Shown: positions 40,906 to 50,725 of the stretch, in pieces
How the letters are laid out: the number at the start of each line of letters is the position of its first letter
How positions within the stretch are numbered: the stretch's first letter is position 1
Source of the DNA: an uncultured Eubacteriales bacterium
Lineage (GTDB): Bacteria; Bacillota; Clostridia; Monoglobales; Monoglobaceae
NCBI GenBank assembly: GCA_900542675.1
Contig: UQOT01000002.1
Span: forward strand, 11,286 to 75,285
DNA length: 64,000 nucleotides
Direction: 5' to 3'
Notes under the pieces: model-generated
Told to the model about the DNA's origin: nothing
The model's input: only the letters and a program-made list of their open reading frames with translations
Databases searched by the model: none
Position numbers and translations under genes: made by a program

Positions 40906-43761
40906 ATGATTATGGTAAAACAATTGAAGAAGGTTTTGTGTTTGGTGCTTATTATTTCTGTATACGCAGCATCTTTGGGCGGTATAGGAATATTAAGCGC
41001 CTATGCCTACAGTGACACCTCAGGGCATTGGGCGCAGTCTGTAATCAATAAATGGACTGCCTCGGGAATAATCTCGGGAGACGGCGACGGTACGTTCAGA
41101 CCCGATGATTATATCACAAGAGCTGAGTTTGTAAAGGTTATAACCTCAGCAAAAAAATACTCTGACGTGGGAAGCGTCAACTATTTCGATGTCAGTCAAG
41201 ACGACTGGTTTTATTTGAGTCTCGCAAAAGCTGCTTTTGCAGGTATAATATCAGGATATGAAGACGGCACATTCAGACCGAACGATAACATAACGCGTGA
41301 AGAAGCTGCTGTTATAATCGGGCGCGCTTATGAGATAAGCGCGGCTTCCGCAGCTCGGTTCAGCGACAGCGCAAGCATAAGCGACTGGGCGGCACAGTAT
41401 GTCGGAGCAATGTATGCAAATCAAATTATAAACGGCTACAGCGACGGTACGTTTAAACCGCAGATGCCCATAACAAGAGCGGAAACCGTACAGATTATAG
41501 ACCAAACCGAACAATATTCAAACAGCCGCACAAGCAGCCTGACTATATTAGACCCCAACATATCACCGTCCAACTCAAGCGGCGGTAAGGTACAAGGCGG
41601 AGGCATCCATTTCGGCGGCGGCACAGGCGGCAGTGGCGACAAGCCCTCAGGGACGAGCAACACATACACAGTTACATTTGATCTTAACTATGAAGGTGCA
41701 ACCGGCGCACCCGCCGCCCAAAAAGTCAAAAAAGGCGAAAAAGCTACAATGCCCGATGACCCCTCAAGAGAAGGGTATATGTTTATGGGATGGTGCACAG
41801 ATGATGAGTGTGCGACATCATTTGAATTCTCAACGACTATTTCTAGCAACATAGTATTATACGCAAAATGGACTATGCTTCAAACATTAAATATTGGATA
41901 TATTCAGGCCGATGAAACAGATATTGAAACAGGTACATCTCAATCAGTAAAATTTAAAGTAAAAGTAAATACTTCCTTGTCATAAGACGAAATATCAATT
42001 ATTGATGAATCTGGAGTAAGTATAGGATTTGTTAAAGATGATGGTATTGGTGCAGATGATATAGCAAATGACAACATATACACAGGCGAAATTATTCTTT
42101 ATTCCGAAAGTGCACAAGAAAAAAGATACTATGCGTATAATAATGATAGTATATCTAACGAATATGAAACAATATATTATTATAACATATTGACCCATGC
42201 TGATTATGAACAACAGACATGTATTGATAATACTATCCACGATATTGAAGCGTCCTATGATAATAACGACGAAAACTCATCAAAAACATTATATAATAAA
42301 ATTATTGAGTTCATAAATACTAAGGTTGAGAGTGGCGACATATCTTCTTATGAGGTTTGTAAAGAAAACATTGCTCTTACTCTCTCATCTGGTATTATAT
42401 ATGTTTATACATTTAATATTGACAAGGAATTGAAATCTGGTAATTCAGATAGAACGGCAGAAACATGCTATTATAATGACAATGCAATTATATTGTCAGC
42501 AAATTACTCAGCAAATAGCAACACAATTTTAACAATGGATCCATATACTGATGAATTAAGCAATGCTGAATTTGATAATGCTGCTACTACAGTTGCAAAT
42601 AGTAGATATGATTTTAATTTTAATGATAACATGGATAATTCTGAGGTTTCTATAGAATTATTAAAAAATCTGTATAAATATAATGTTATTATTCTTAACG
42701 GTCATGGTGGATATAGTGAAAGTTTACATTCATTTTTTGATGCAGGCATAGATATTTCAGAATCAAACAATATAAAATATTCAGCTGATATTTCTTCAGG
42801 TCGAATAATCACAACAAGTAGCGGAAAGTATGGTGTAACTTCAAAATTCTTTGATAAATACTATGATTCAGATGATTTTGCTGATTGTTTGGTCTACTTA
42901 GGGTGTTGTCATGGCATGGATGACAATGTGTTATCACAAACTTTCCTAAATAAAGGCGTAGATGCTGTTTTAGGATATAAGAATTCTGTTAATTCGGGAT
43001 ATGACGCTAAAATGGTGAAAACTATTTTCGATGAATTAGCATCGGATACTTCTGAACCAGTAACTGTTATTGAAGCTTTAAACACTGCAAAAAAAGAAAA
43101 CGGTAGCAAAGATGATACATATTCTCATTGGTATGACTGGCTTTTGGGCAAATATGAAAAAGAAGAAAATAGAGCTGAATTATGTTTAAATGGAAAATGG
43201 GAATTTAATTTGAATATAGATAATAGCAAAGATTTAACGAATCTATCATTTGAAAATAATTTAAATCGTTGGAAGTATAGTGGAGATGCCAGAATAATTA
43301 CAAAATTATCCAATTTAACTTCTAAAAATGGAAATAATATGTGTATTATAGGCACAGGTTTAGGAGCCGAAGATGATTCACATAGCTATATTGAAAGAAC
43401 ATTTACTACAAATGGAGCAAAACAATTAACATTTTGGTGTAATTTTATTTCCGAAGAACCCGATGAATTTGTTGGTAGCGAATATGATGATACATGTATT
43501 ATCACTACAACCGACGAAGATAGAACAACTAGTTATGAAGAAAAGAAATATACTGTCAACACTGTCAAATGGGAATATCTAGATGATAACGTCTTTAATG
43601 GTGGTGATGAAACAACATATCATACTGATTGGGAAAAAGTAACTATAGATTTAAGTAAATTCTCTTCAAATAAGTTTACAATTAAATTCTATATTTATGA
43701 CATTGGCGATAGTAGTTATGACTCTGCTTTATTAATAGATGATTTGCAGTTTATTTATTAA
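40906..43761 (+). pseudogene. S-layer-homology surface protein (3 SLH, InlB B-repeat, acidic C-terminal domains) interrupted by one in-frame TAA
   Basis: FRPD..ITRAE SLH repeats and YTVTFD..GY.F.GW B-repeat; after TAA at 41983-41985 the same frame stays open (DEISIIDE..DDGIGADDIANDNIYTG) and joins ORF 42190-43761. Confidence 0.8.
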
Positions 43762-43925
43762 TAGAATATATTGAAGAGTAAGATGCCTTAACTAACGATG
43801 CTGTCCACCTGGATCAACGTCTTGTTTCAGGCCAAAACGGCGGATTTGGCGGAGGCGGCGGTGGAGCATTTTAGTCGACACATTGCCTCTATGAGTTACG
43901 CACATAGGTGAACTTAATATAATAA

Positions 43926-43958
43926 ACGCAGGACACACCGCTTTGGTGTGTCCTGCGT
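43926..43958. terminator. Hairpin between convergent genes
   Basis: ACGCAGGACACACC/GGTGTGTCCTGCGT inverted repeat. Confidence 0.65.
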
Positions 43959-43982
43959 GTGTCAAAGAAGTCTTAATTATTT

Positions 43983-44636
43983 TTACTCTACAATCTCTGC
44001 GCTTTCTATTACTATCGGGGTTTCGGGCATACCGGAGTTGTCGCGCGAAACACTTAAAAAGCTGTCTATTACCTCCATACCTTCGGTTACTTCGCCAAAT
44101 ACCGCGTATTTTCCGTCAAGCTGAGGCAGTGCCTGATAGCAGATATAGAACTGGCTGCTTGCGGAGTCAGGGTCTGTTGAACGTGCCATCGCTACGCTTC
44201 CGCGGTTGTGCTTTAATGTATTCTGCGCAAAGCCGTTTTCGGCAAACTCGCCTTTAATCTTGTTTTCGCTTCCGCCCATTCCTGTGCCCTGCGGGTCTCC
44301 GCCCTGCGCCACAAAGTTATCTAAAATTCTGTGGAAGGTGAGCCCGTCATAAAAGCCCGATTTAACAAGCTGCAAAAAGTTTTCTGCCGTTTCGGGCGCA
44401 TACTCCGGCTCACACTTTACCGTGAACGTCTGCCCATCGCTCATAGTGAACAAAACGGTACGCGAGGTGTTTTTAGAAAGCTCGCCCGTAACCGGTACCG
44501 TCGTGCTCGCAGGCTTAGCCGTTTGTTTGGGTGTAAGCGTCGGCTCAGCCGATTTGTCGTTTCCGCCGCACGACGTCATCATTGCAAGCATAAACACCGC
44601 CAGCGATACACACAAAATTTTAGTAATTTTCTTCAT
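43983..44636 (-). CDS. Cyclophilin-type peptidyl-prolyl isomerase, lipoprotein
   Basis: Lipobox MTSC; GFYDGLTFHR, QGGDP, AMARS..PDSASSQFYI, LDGKYAVFG. Confidence 0.95.
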   Translation of the reverse strand: MKKITKILCVSLAVFMLAMMTSCGGNDKSAEPTLTPKQTAKPASTTVPVTGELSKNTSRTVLFTMSDGQTFTVKCEPEYAPETAENFLQLVKSGFYDGLTFHRILDNFVAQGGDPQGTGMGGSENKIKGEFAENGFAQNTLKHNRGSVAMARSTDPDSASSQFYICYQALPQLDGKYAVFGEVTEGMEVIDSFLSVSRDNSGMPETPIVIESAEIVE

Positions 44637-44829
44637 AGGTAATCCGTCTCCTTTTTACTTATTTTAACTATATTAGTATATTTTTTATGCAAAGTCAAGT
44701 TTTTTAAAATTTTTGTAACAAATTTGTTTCAAATACTTGACGAAACTGTTATTTTAGTGTATCATTAGTAAGAGTTAATATAATATTTAACTTTTAAAAC
44801 TTTTTGAAACCTTAAATATTAAAATTTTA

Positions 44830-44868
44830 GAGGGCGGACGCTGTTTTTGCGTCCGCCCTCACTTTTTT
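44830..44868. terminator. GC-rich hairpin at the end of the phage-like module
   Basis: GAGGGCGGACGC/GCGTCCGCCCTC with U-tract on the plus strand (44863-44868). Confidence 0.75.
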
Positions 44869-44871
44869 AGC

Positions 44872-46095
44872 TTATCTGCCGAGCAGCAGATTATTCAGCT
44901 GTGCCCGAACAATGCTGTCATAATATCTCAGGTAAATTTCCTTTTGAATATTATCAAGCTGCGTGCCCTGTATATTCTGAATATTCTGTTCTGACTTTTG
45001 CGTATTTAACAAATCTGTCCAGCGGTAATCCTGAGCATTCTGCTCATTGGTCCAATAGCTGTCCAAATCGTTTCTGCTGTACTGCTGTGCGTTAAATAAG
45101 CTATCCCAATACTTTTGATATGAGTTTTCATCCCTCTTTGTATTGCTGGATGCGCTGTTGTTTGCGTTGCTCAGCATTTTGTTATTTGCACTGTATGCCG
45201 CGCCGTATGCCTTGTCAAACGTGTCTGCCATACTGTTTATCAAATCTATATCCGTGCTGTACTTATCAGCATATCTCTCATATGCCGCCTGAGCAAGCTC
45301 CGGTATTTGGTTCGTGAGCTGAGACATATAATACTGATTGGTCTGCGCTGCCGCCGTCAAAGCGGCTGAGTTCGCATATCCGCCTGTAAGCGCGGCGTAA
45401 TTTGCCATTGTATTTTCGCTCGCCCTCGCACCCTGAGTTAAGTACTGATTTTTATATGCCCGGTACACAGGGTCATCCTCCGGGTCGTACTTAAAGTCGT
45501 CTCTGTTTGCAACTGAGCGCGCAAGATTGTTAATCGGTGTTAAATACTTGCGGCTGTAGTAATCAAATATCTCGCCGGGCTTTTGAACACCAAGCGAATT
45601 TATATACGACATTGCCGCATTTTTTACATCACTTTCAAATGCCCACGACTTGCCCTCATCGTCCGTATAGAGAATATTAAGCGGCTGCCCGCCGACAGAC
45701 ACGGTTCCGTTGCCGTAGCTTATCGCATCAGCGGAAAGGCCGTAATCTCCAGCGTATTTCGCATATGCGTCGGTAACCCTGACTACCGGATTACTGCTGC
45801 CCGAATAAAAGCTCACAAGGCTTTTTTGTATATCACCCGGCGAAGCATAGGATACGCCTGCGCCCTCGTCTATATACGACGGACGCATAAAGGCTTTGCC
45901 GCCGAGAGTAACGGTCTTGCTGCCCTCGTCAAACCCTATAAGACTGTTGTCTATGCCCATATTGTTAAGCGTTGCGCGCACGCCTACGCTTCCGTTGCCG
46001 AGCATAGGAACATTCACCTTCTCCTTGTTTCCCGCAGACGTTCTTGCGGCGCTCAACGCAGCCGAATTTATATAGTTATCTGATGTTTTTGACAT
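44872..46095 (-). CDS. Phage-like internal virion/ejection-type protein (putative)
   Basis: ATG at 46095 after AAGGAGG; FKYDPEDDPVY..ALTGGYANS segment and a Q/N/A-rich helical C-terminus; function inferred from position after the nozzle-like gene. Confidence 0.5.
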   Translation of the reverse strand: MSKTSDNYINSAALSAARTSAGNKEKVNVPMLGNGSVGVRATLNNMGIDNSLIGFDEGSKTVTLGGKAFMRPSYIDEGAGVSYASPGDIQKSLVSFYSGSSNPVVRVTDAYAKYAGDYGLSADAISYGNGTVSVGGQPLNILYTDDEGKSWAFESDVKNAAMSYINSLGVQKPGEIFDYYSRKYLTPINNLARSVANRDDFKYDPEDDPVYRAYKNQYLTQGARASENTMANYAALTGGYANSAALTAAAQTNQYYMSQLTNQIPELAQAAYERYADKYSTDIDLINSMADTFDKAYGAAYSANNKMLSNANNSASSNTKRDENSYQKYWDSLFNAQQYSRNDLDSYWTNEQNAQDYRWTDLLNTQKSEQNIQNIQGTQLDNIQKEIYLRYYDSIVRAQLNNLLLGR

Positions 46096-47761
46096 TCGTC
46101 CTGCCTCCTTTGTATGTAACAATTTCTATATCATGTACCACCGCATATCCGCTGCCCTCGAGCATAATTCTGAAGCTGTCGCACTTTTTAAATCTGACGG
46201 GTATCCTGTAGACTATAAATCCACTGCCGCATATTTGACCTGCGGGAGAAAATTCATCCTCGTCCACTGAGGTATATACGTTCACGTTTGTATTTACCGG
46301 CGCATCCATTCTGATATAGACTGAGTTTACGCCCTTGAAGTCAATATCGTCAAGAGTGAATTTTTTGGATACCACACACCAGTCCACGTCCTCATCTCCG
46401 CCGCCGAATTTATACATTTCGGAATTCGTCGCCCCGTAGAGATACTCATTATGCTTTAAGAAAGAAACAAATTTTGTATTGTCCTCCTTATGCCATACCG
46501 AGCAGCTAGGGTCATACACGAGTACATCAGTCTCTCCGCCCGGTCTTTCGGTGCAAGCATAATACCGTCTTCCGTCCGTGCCCGAACAGCATTTTTTATA
46601 CACGGTCTTTATACAGCCGCTTATCTTCTCGGGCTCCCCGCCCGTGTACTCATAAAACCCATCGTCTGCCATATAGTATAGCACACCGCCGACCTCAGCA
46701 ATGCTTCGCCCGTCCGCCGCACCTCCAAAGGTCTGCTTCGGTATGGAAAAATTAAGCGGCGAGTCACCGTAGATATGGTGTATGTAGTTCCTCTTAAACG
46801 CAACAACCGCAGTTCTGTAGCTTGTTATGCCGGTAAAGCTGCCATCGGTGCCGATTTCACTGAACCAGCTGTCGTCCTGAAGCCCCTGAAACGAATTAAA
46901 GTTAAAGCAATCGCCGAGCTTTGACGCGTACACATACTCGCCGCTTTCGGACGTACCCCATAATCTGTTGTTGTGCACGCACACATAATTCATATCGGGT
47001 ATGCTCACCTCAATTTTAACGTTTGCGCTGTCAGTCATATTCTTAAACAAGGCGTACTTTCCGCTTTTTGTGTACATAAGCAATGAGAGTTTTGAAGCGG
47101 TCGCCTCGTTGACCACAGCGCTCACAATACTGTCCGCAGCCGCGTAGCTTTTTCGGCTTTCTGTCACAACGGTATTGTTCTGCGCGTTGCTGCAGCCGCT
47201 GATTACCACACTGTCGCCGACCGAGAACACGTCGTTAAAGCCCGCTCCGCTTTTTTGAATATAGGCGGAATACACGCCTGTTATACTGTTATATGACGAG
47301 TAAAACAACGCGCCGCTCACCGTAACCGACTTTGCCATATCATAAAGCTCGTGCTTTATCTCTCCGCTGTCTGGGTCGGGCAGATACCTATAATATACCT
47401 TATCGGGAAATATGCAGATGTTTCCGCCGAAGTCCGCGATAGACTTTTCGGTATCGGACAGCTTTTTATTCCCGATTTTTTCACCGTTATAATAAAAATA
47501 TCCGCCTGCAACGCCTGTGAACTCGGTCAGTTCAAACGGCGTATATTCCGGACTGCACATCGCGGTTATACCGCTCCTTCGGCAAACAAGCTGCCTCGGC
47601 TGCCGAGGTGACATTGCGGGGATTGAGTCTGAGGACATATTTTTCATCTCCGACATCTGTCTTTCGTCTATCTTATCCCTTTCATCGTATCCAAAGAAAT
47701 TCAAAACATCCACCTTTTTGTTTTTATCTGTGCCGCGGGAAGCGGCCGGCGGAAGATACAT
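46076..47761 (-). CDS. Phage tail-tubular B/nozzle (stabilisation)-like beta-rich protein
   Basis: EMKNMSSD..P.MSPR, CIFPDKVY, HNNRLWG..YASKLGD..N, DGRRYY, YD....WHKED motifs recalled from Firmicutes phage structural proteins. Confidence 0.65.
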   Translation of the reverse strand: MYLPPAASRGTDKNKKVDVLNFFGYDERDKIDERQMSEMKNMSSDSIPAMSPRQPRQLVCRRSGITAMCSPEYTPFELTEFTGVAGGYFYYNGEKIGNKKLSDTEKSIADFGGNICIFPDKVYYRYLPDPDSGEIKHELYDMAKSVTVSGALFYSSYNSITGVYSAYIQKSGAGFNDVFSVGDSVVISGCSNAQNNTVVTESRKSYAAADSIVSAVVNEATASKLSLLMYTKSGKYALFKNMTDSANVKIEVSIPDMNYVCVHNNRLWGTSESGEYVYASKLGDCFNFNSFQGLQDDSWFSEIGTDGSFTGITSYRTAVVAFKRNYIHHIYGDSPLNFSIPKQTFGGAADGRSIAEVGGVLYYMADDGFYEYTGGEPEKISGCIKTVYKKCCSGTDGRRYYACTERPGGETDVLVYDPSCSVWHKEDNTKFVSFLKHNEYLYGATNSEMYKFGGGDEDVDWCVVSKKFTLDDIDFKGVNSVYIRMDAPVNTNVNVYTSVDEDEFSPAGQICGSGFIVYRIPVRFKKCDSFRIMLEGSGYAVVHDIEIVTYKGGRTNVKNIR

Positions 47762-47774
47762 ATAAAAACACCTC

Positions 47775-48566
47775 CTACCAATAATTATGAAACCCCGCCA
47801 TATCGGTCAGAGGATTTCTCGTCTTGTAATCACGTTTGAACTCATCAAACAAGTTATTGTACTGAACCATATGCGCCGTGTAGCTGTCATAGTCGTGCTG
47901 ATACAAAGCCCCTTTGGCGAGTATGTACTCAATGTACATACGGTCGTACGGCGGGTCGGCCTCTGTCTCATCGTCTATTACACGCTTTATCTCAAGATAC
48001 GCGGCCGTTTCCGGCGTTAATATGTCATCGGAAAGCATAATTTTTTCACCGTCGTTTGATACAACATATGTCTCCGCCGCGTCGGTTAAATTCGGCTCCG
48101 CGTCCAGGTCTTCAAAAGGAAAAATCTTTATGCAGTCGCCCTCGAAAAACGGCAGCTCGCAGCCGTATATACAATTCGCATCGGTCTTAAACTCGCCTCT
48201 TATATCGATGTCTCTGATTTCCTTCGGCATATCAAGGCAAACAAGACGCAAATTCTTGGGCGATGAAAAGTTTATTCCATAGCCGCTAAGGATTTCACCG
48301 TGATTTAAAAACGGCAGAGACCGGAAATCTGCCTTGTCAATCGGTCTGCCGTCTATAAACACCATTTCGATGTCAGACACGTTTATATCCTCGGGAATAC
48401 AAATATCCTCCGCACTTGTGATTACGGTATCAAGAGTCTTGTAGCTTTTCTTTACTCCGCGGCGGATTGCCGTGGTTACCTCGTTGCACCACATAAGCTT
48501 TTCATCGAGCGTAAAATGGTTCGGGCTGAGACTGTCAGCTGCGTTAATCGCACTTAAAATTTTCAT
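47775..48566 (-). CDS. Phage head-completion/adaptor-like protein
   Basis: N-terminal PN.F..KLMW.NEV and C-terminal PYDRMYIEYILAK..Y....QYN motifs; downstream of the capsid gene. Confidence 0.55.
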   Translation of the reverse strand: MKILSAINAADSLSPNHFTLDEKLMWCNEVTTAIRRGVKKSYKTLDTVITSAEDICIPEDINVSDIEMVFIDGRPIDKADFRSLPFLNHGEILSGYGINFSSPKNLRLVCLDMPKEIRDIDIRGEFKTDANCIYGCELPFFEGDCIKIFPFEDLDAEPNLTDAAETYVVSNDGEKIMLSDDILTPETAAYLEIKRVIDDETEADPPYDRMYIEYILAKGALYQHDYDSYTAHMVQYNNLFDEFKRDYKTRNPLTDMAGFHNYW

Positions 48567-48584
48567 ATAAGCCGCTTCACCGCC

Positions 48585-48833
48585 TTACGCCTCTTTAAGG
48601 CTGTCGATATACTCCTCCGCCGCCAGTTCCTGCTTGTGACTGCGCTCAACCGCAAGAGCCACACAACGCGGAACCATTACGGAAACTCCGCGCTTTATCT
48701 GATAGTTCGTACCGTTTACCGTCACAGTTAAATCGTCTTTCTTATTCAGCTTGTCCTTTACGAGCATGAGCGGCACCTGCTCGGAATAAAAATCAGATAG
48801 CTTTTTATCTATATTCTCTTTTACAGCTGTCAT
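48585..48833 (-). CDS. Small phage capsid-associated protein
   Basis: LTVTVNG.NYQIKRG..V.VP motif, directly after the major capsid gene; strong RBS. Confidence 0.6.
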   Translation of the reverse strand: MTAVKENIDKKLSDFYSEQVPLMLVKDKLNKKDDLTVTVNGTNYQIKRGVSVMVPRCVALAVERSHKQELAAEEYIDSLKEA

Positions 48834-48903
48834 TTTATTACCTCCTTATCTTTTTCGGCGGCTCCGCGGTAAATAAACCGCGGAGCCTCTATATGTTTTT
48901 AAA

Positions 48904-50142
48904 TTAGTAGCTGCAAGTTGTCTCTACTCTTACCATAAATTCGGGTGAGAGAATTTCCGCAGTCTGTGTCGCCTTCCAGCCGACAGTGCTTCTCTGGTCG
49001 AGCGGGTCGCCCGTACCGGCGCTGCCCTTCTGCTTAATCAGCGTTTCGAGTCCGCCGCCCGTAATATTGGTCACTCCGTAAGCGTTCTGACCGATAAACA
49101 GGGTCGAATATATATCCCTGCCGTCCTTGCCGGCTCCTGCGGGGTATATGATTGAATCTGCGACAACAGTGTCGGAAAGCGCCTCGCTGACCGTAATCGT
49201 CGCCTTGCCCGCATCGCCCGCCGCAACAGATGCAACAGTGTAATCAAAACCGTTAATCTGGATCGACTTACCGCTGAGCGCTGCCGCGTCGCTTGCCGCG
49301 ATCTCCTCGCGAACGGAAATCTTTTTGCCATCAACCTTTGCAACGGTCAAACTTTCGGGGTCACCGGTTGTGATATTATCTATGCTGCGCAGCGGCGCGG
49401 CTCTGAAAATCTTCGCCTCAGTCGATTCGACAAATACCACGCCGTGGATTTTGCCGATTGTGCCGTTGTACCAGTCCTTAGGGTCAACGTTCTGCTTTAC
49501 CTCTTTCCATTCGGGGTCGTTTGTAAGGTCGTTCGCCACGTCCGGGTGAATGATAGCTACATAGCAGCCGTCCTTAAGCGGCTGAGCGTTGTTGCGCTTC
49601 AGCGTCGCAACCGCTCTCTTGACCGCGGCAACAGTGAGGTAATCGTTATTCTCATATGTTGAATTGCCTCCGACAAGCACGTTTCTGTCCGCCTTACCGT
49701 TGCCGTACTGTACATTTGTACCCGCGTTAATCTTTTCGCGTATTACGGTATCAAGCGTTCTGCCTGCCTGGTCGGCAAGCACATTCTCAGTCTCTACTAT
49801 GACGTTATCGATTGCCGAAAGAGTCAGCATATCCGAAAGCGTCACATAATCGCCGTACTGCTCAACGGTTGACTCAACTGTGCTGACGTTCAGCGTATTA
49901 CCCTTTGGCGTAACACCCTCGGTAAGCGGCTTGAGCGCCTTAGGGAGAGGACTGAACTTTCTGAACTCAATCGTCTTACCCGAGCCCTTCGGAATAGGCT
50001 TGTTCTGACCGAACTGCGCGTGAACCAGCTTGGGCTGCGCAAATCTTATCATTTGGCGGTCATAGTACGCTTTCATTTCGGGCGTTATGTTATTGCCGAT
50101 ATTATTTGTGGTGGTTGTCTGTGTATTGTATGGGATACTCAA
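48904..50142 (-). CDS. Major capsid protein, N4-gp56 family
   Basis: PEMKAYY, QFGQ..PIPKG.GKTIEFRK, LTEGVTP.G, QYGDYV..SD, IIHPDV, GDPLDQRSTVGWK; TTG start after AAGGAGG. Confidence 0.9.
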   Translation of the reverse strand: MSIPYNTQTTTTNNIGNNITPEMKAYYDRQMIRFAQPKLVHAQFGQNKPIPKGSGKTIEFRKFSPLPKALKPLTEGVTPKGNTLNVSTVESTVEQYGDYVTLSDMLTLSAIDNVIVETENVLADQAGRTLDTVIREKINAGTNVQYGNGKADRNVLVGGNSTYENNDYLTVAAVKRAVATLKRNNAQPLKDGCYVAIIHPDVANDLTNDPEWKEVKQNVDPKDWYNGTIGKIHGVVFVESTEAKIFRAAPLRSIDNITTGDPESLTVAKVDGKKISVREEIAASDAAALSGKSIQINGFDYTVASVAAGDAGKATITVSEALSDTVVADSIIYPAGAGKDGRDIYSTLFIGQNAYGVTNITGGGLETLIKQKGSAGTGDPLDQRSTVGWKATQTAEILSPEFMVRVETTCSY

Positions 50143-50179
50143 TATAATTCCTCCTTAGAAATATTTTTCTGTATGATTT

Positions 50180-50725
50180 TTAAAATGAAATTTTTTCGCC
50201 GTTTCTGACGCGCTTAACTATGTCGTCAAGCTCTTCATCACTTAAATCCTTGGGGTTTTTCTTAACCATTCCGCTGCCCGCGGTTCTGCCGGCGCCGTTT
50301 TCAAAAATACGCTTCTGCGCCGCGTTCTCCGCAGCAGGATTTCCTAAGCGCATCGCGCCCTTGTCCTGCTCATCTCTGTGTGCGAGATAGTACGCGTCCT
50401 CAACGCTGAGTCCGTTACCCCATACATAAGTGCAGAACGCGGGATTTTGGATTTCGCGTCTTATGTCAAAGTTCGGATTTTTCTGTGAAAACTCCTTTAC
50501 CTGTCTGTCAATCTCCGCGACCTTCATATCAATATACTCCTCATCGTGCGAATTGACCTGCGGCTGCTGCATATTCTGCTGCATCGGCATATTCTGCATC
50601 ATACCCTGAGGCATTCCCTGCGGCGCATAAGACGCATTGTTATATCCGCCCATATTCTGCGGCATACCGTACGGCATCTGTTCGTTAAAATTTCTGTTTT
50701 GCTTTCTGTTTCCAAATCCAAGCAT
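50180..50725 (-). CDS. Capsid scaffolding-like protein with a Q/M/P-rich N-terminus
   Basis: Immediately upstream of the capsid gene; VEDAY..AH, ENG and C-terminal LSDEELDDIVKRVRNGEKISF resemble phage scaffold C-termini. Confidence 0.6.
   Translation of the reverse strand: MLGFGNRKQNRNFNEQMPYGMPQNMGGYNNASYAPQGMPQGMMQNMPMQQNMQQPQVNSHDEEYIDMKVAEIDRQVKEFSQKNPNFDIRREIQNPAFCTYVWGNGLSVEDAYYLAHRDEQDKGAMRLGNPAAENAAQKRIFENGAGRTAGSGMVKKNPKDLSDEELDDIVKRVRNGEKISF

Noticed and set aside
48904..50142. Classical encapsulin
   Set aside because: Motifs match N4-gp56-type capsids, and the neighbours look like virion genes, not cargo enzymes.
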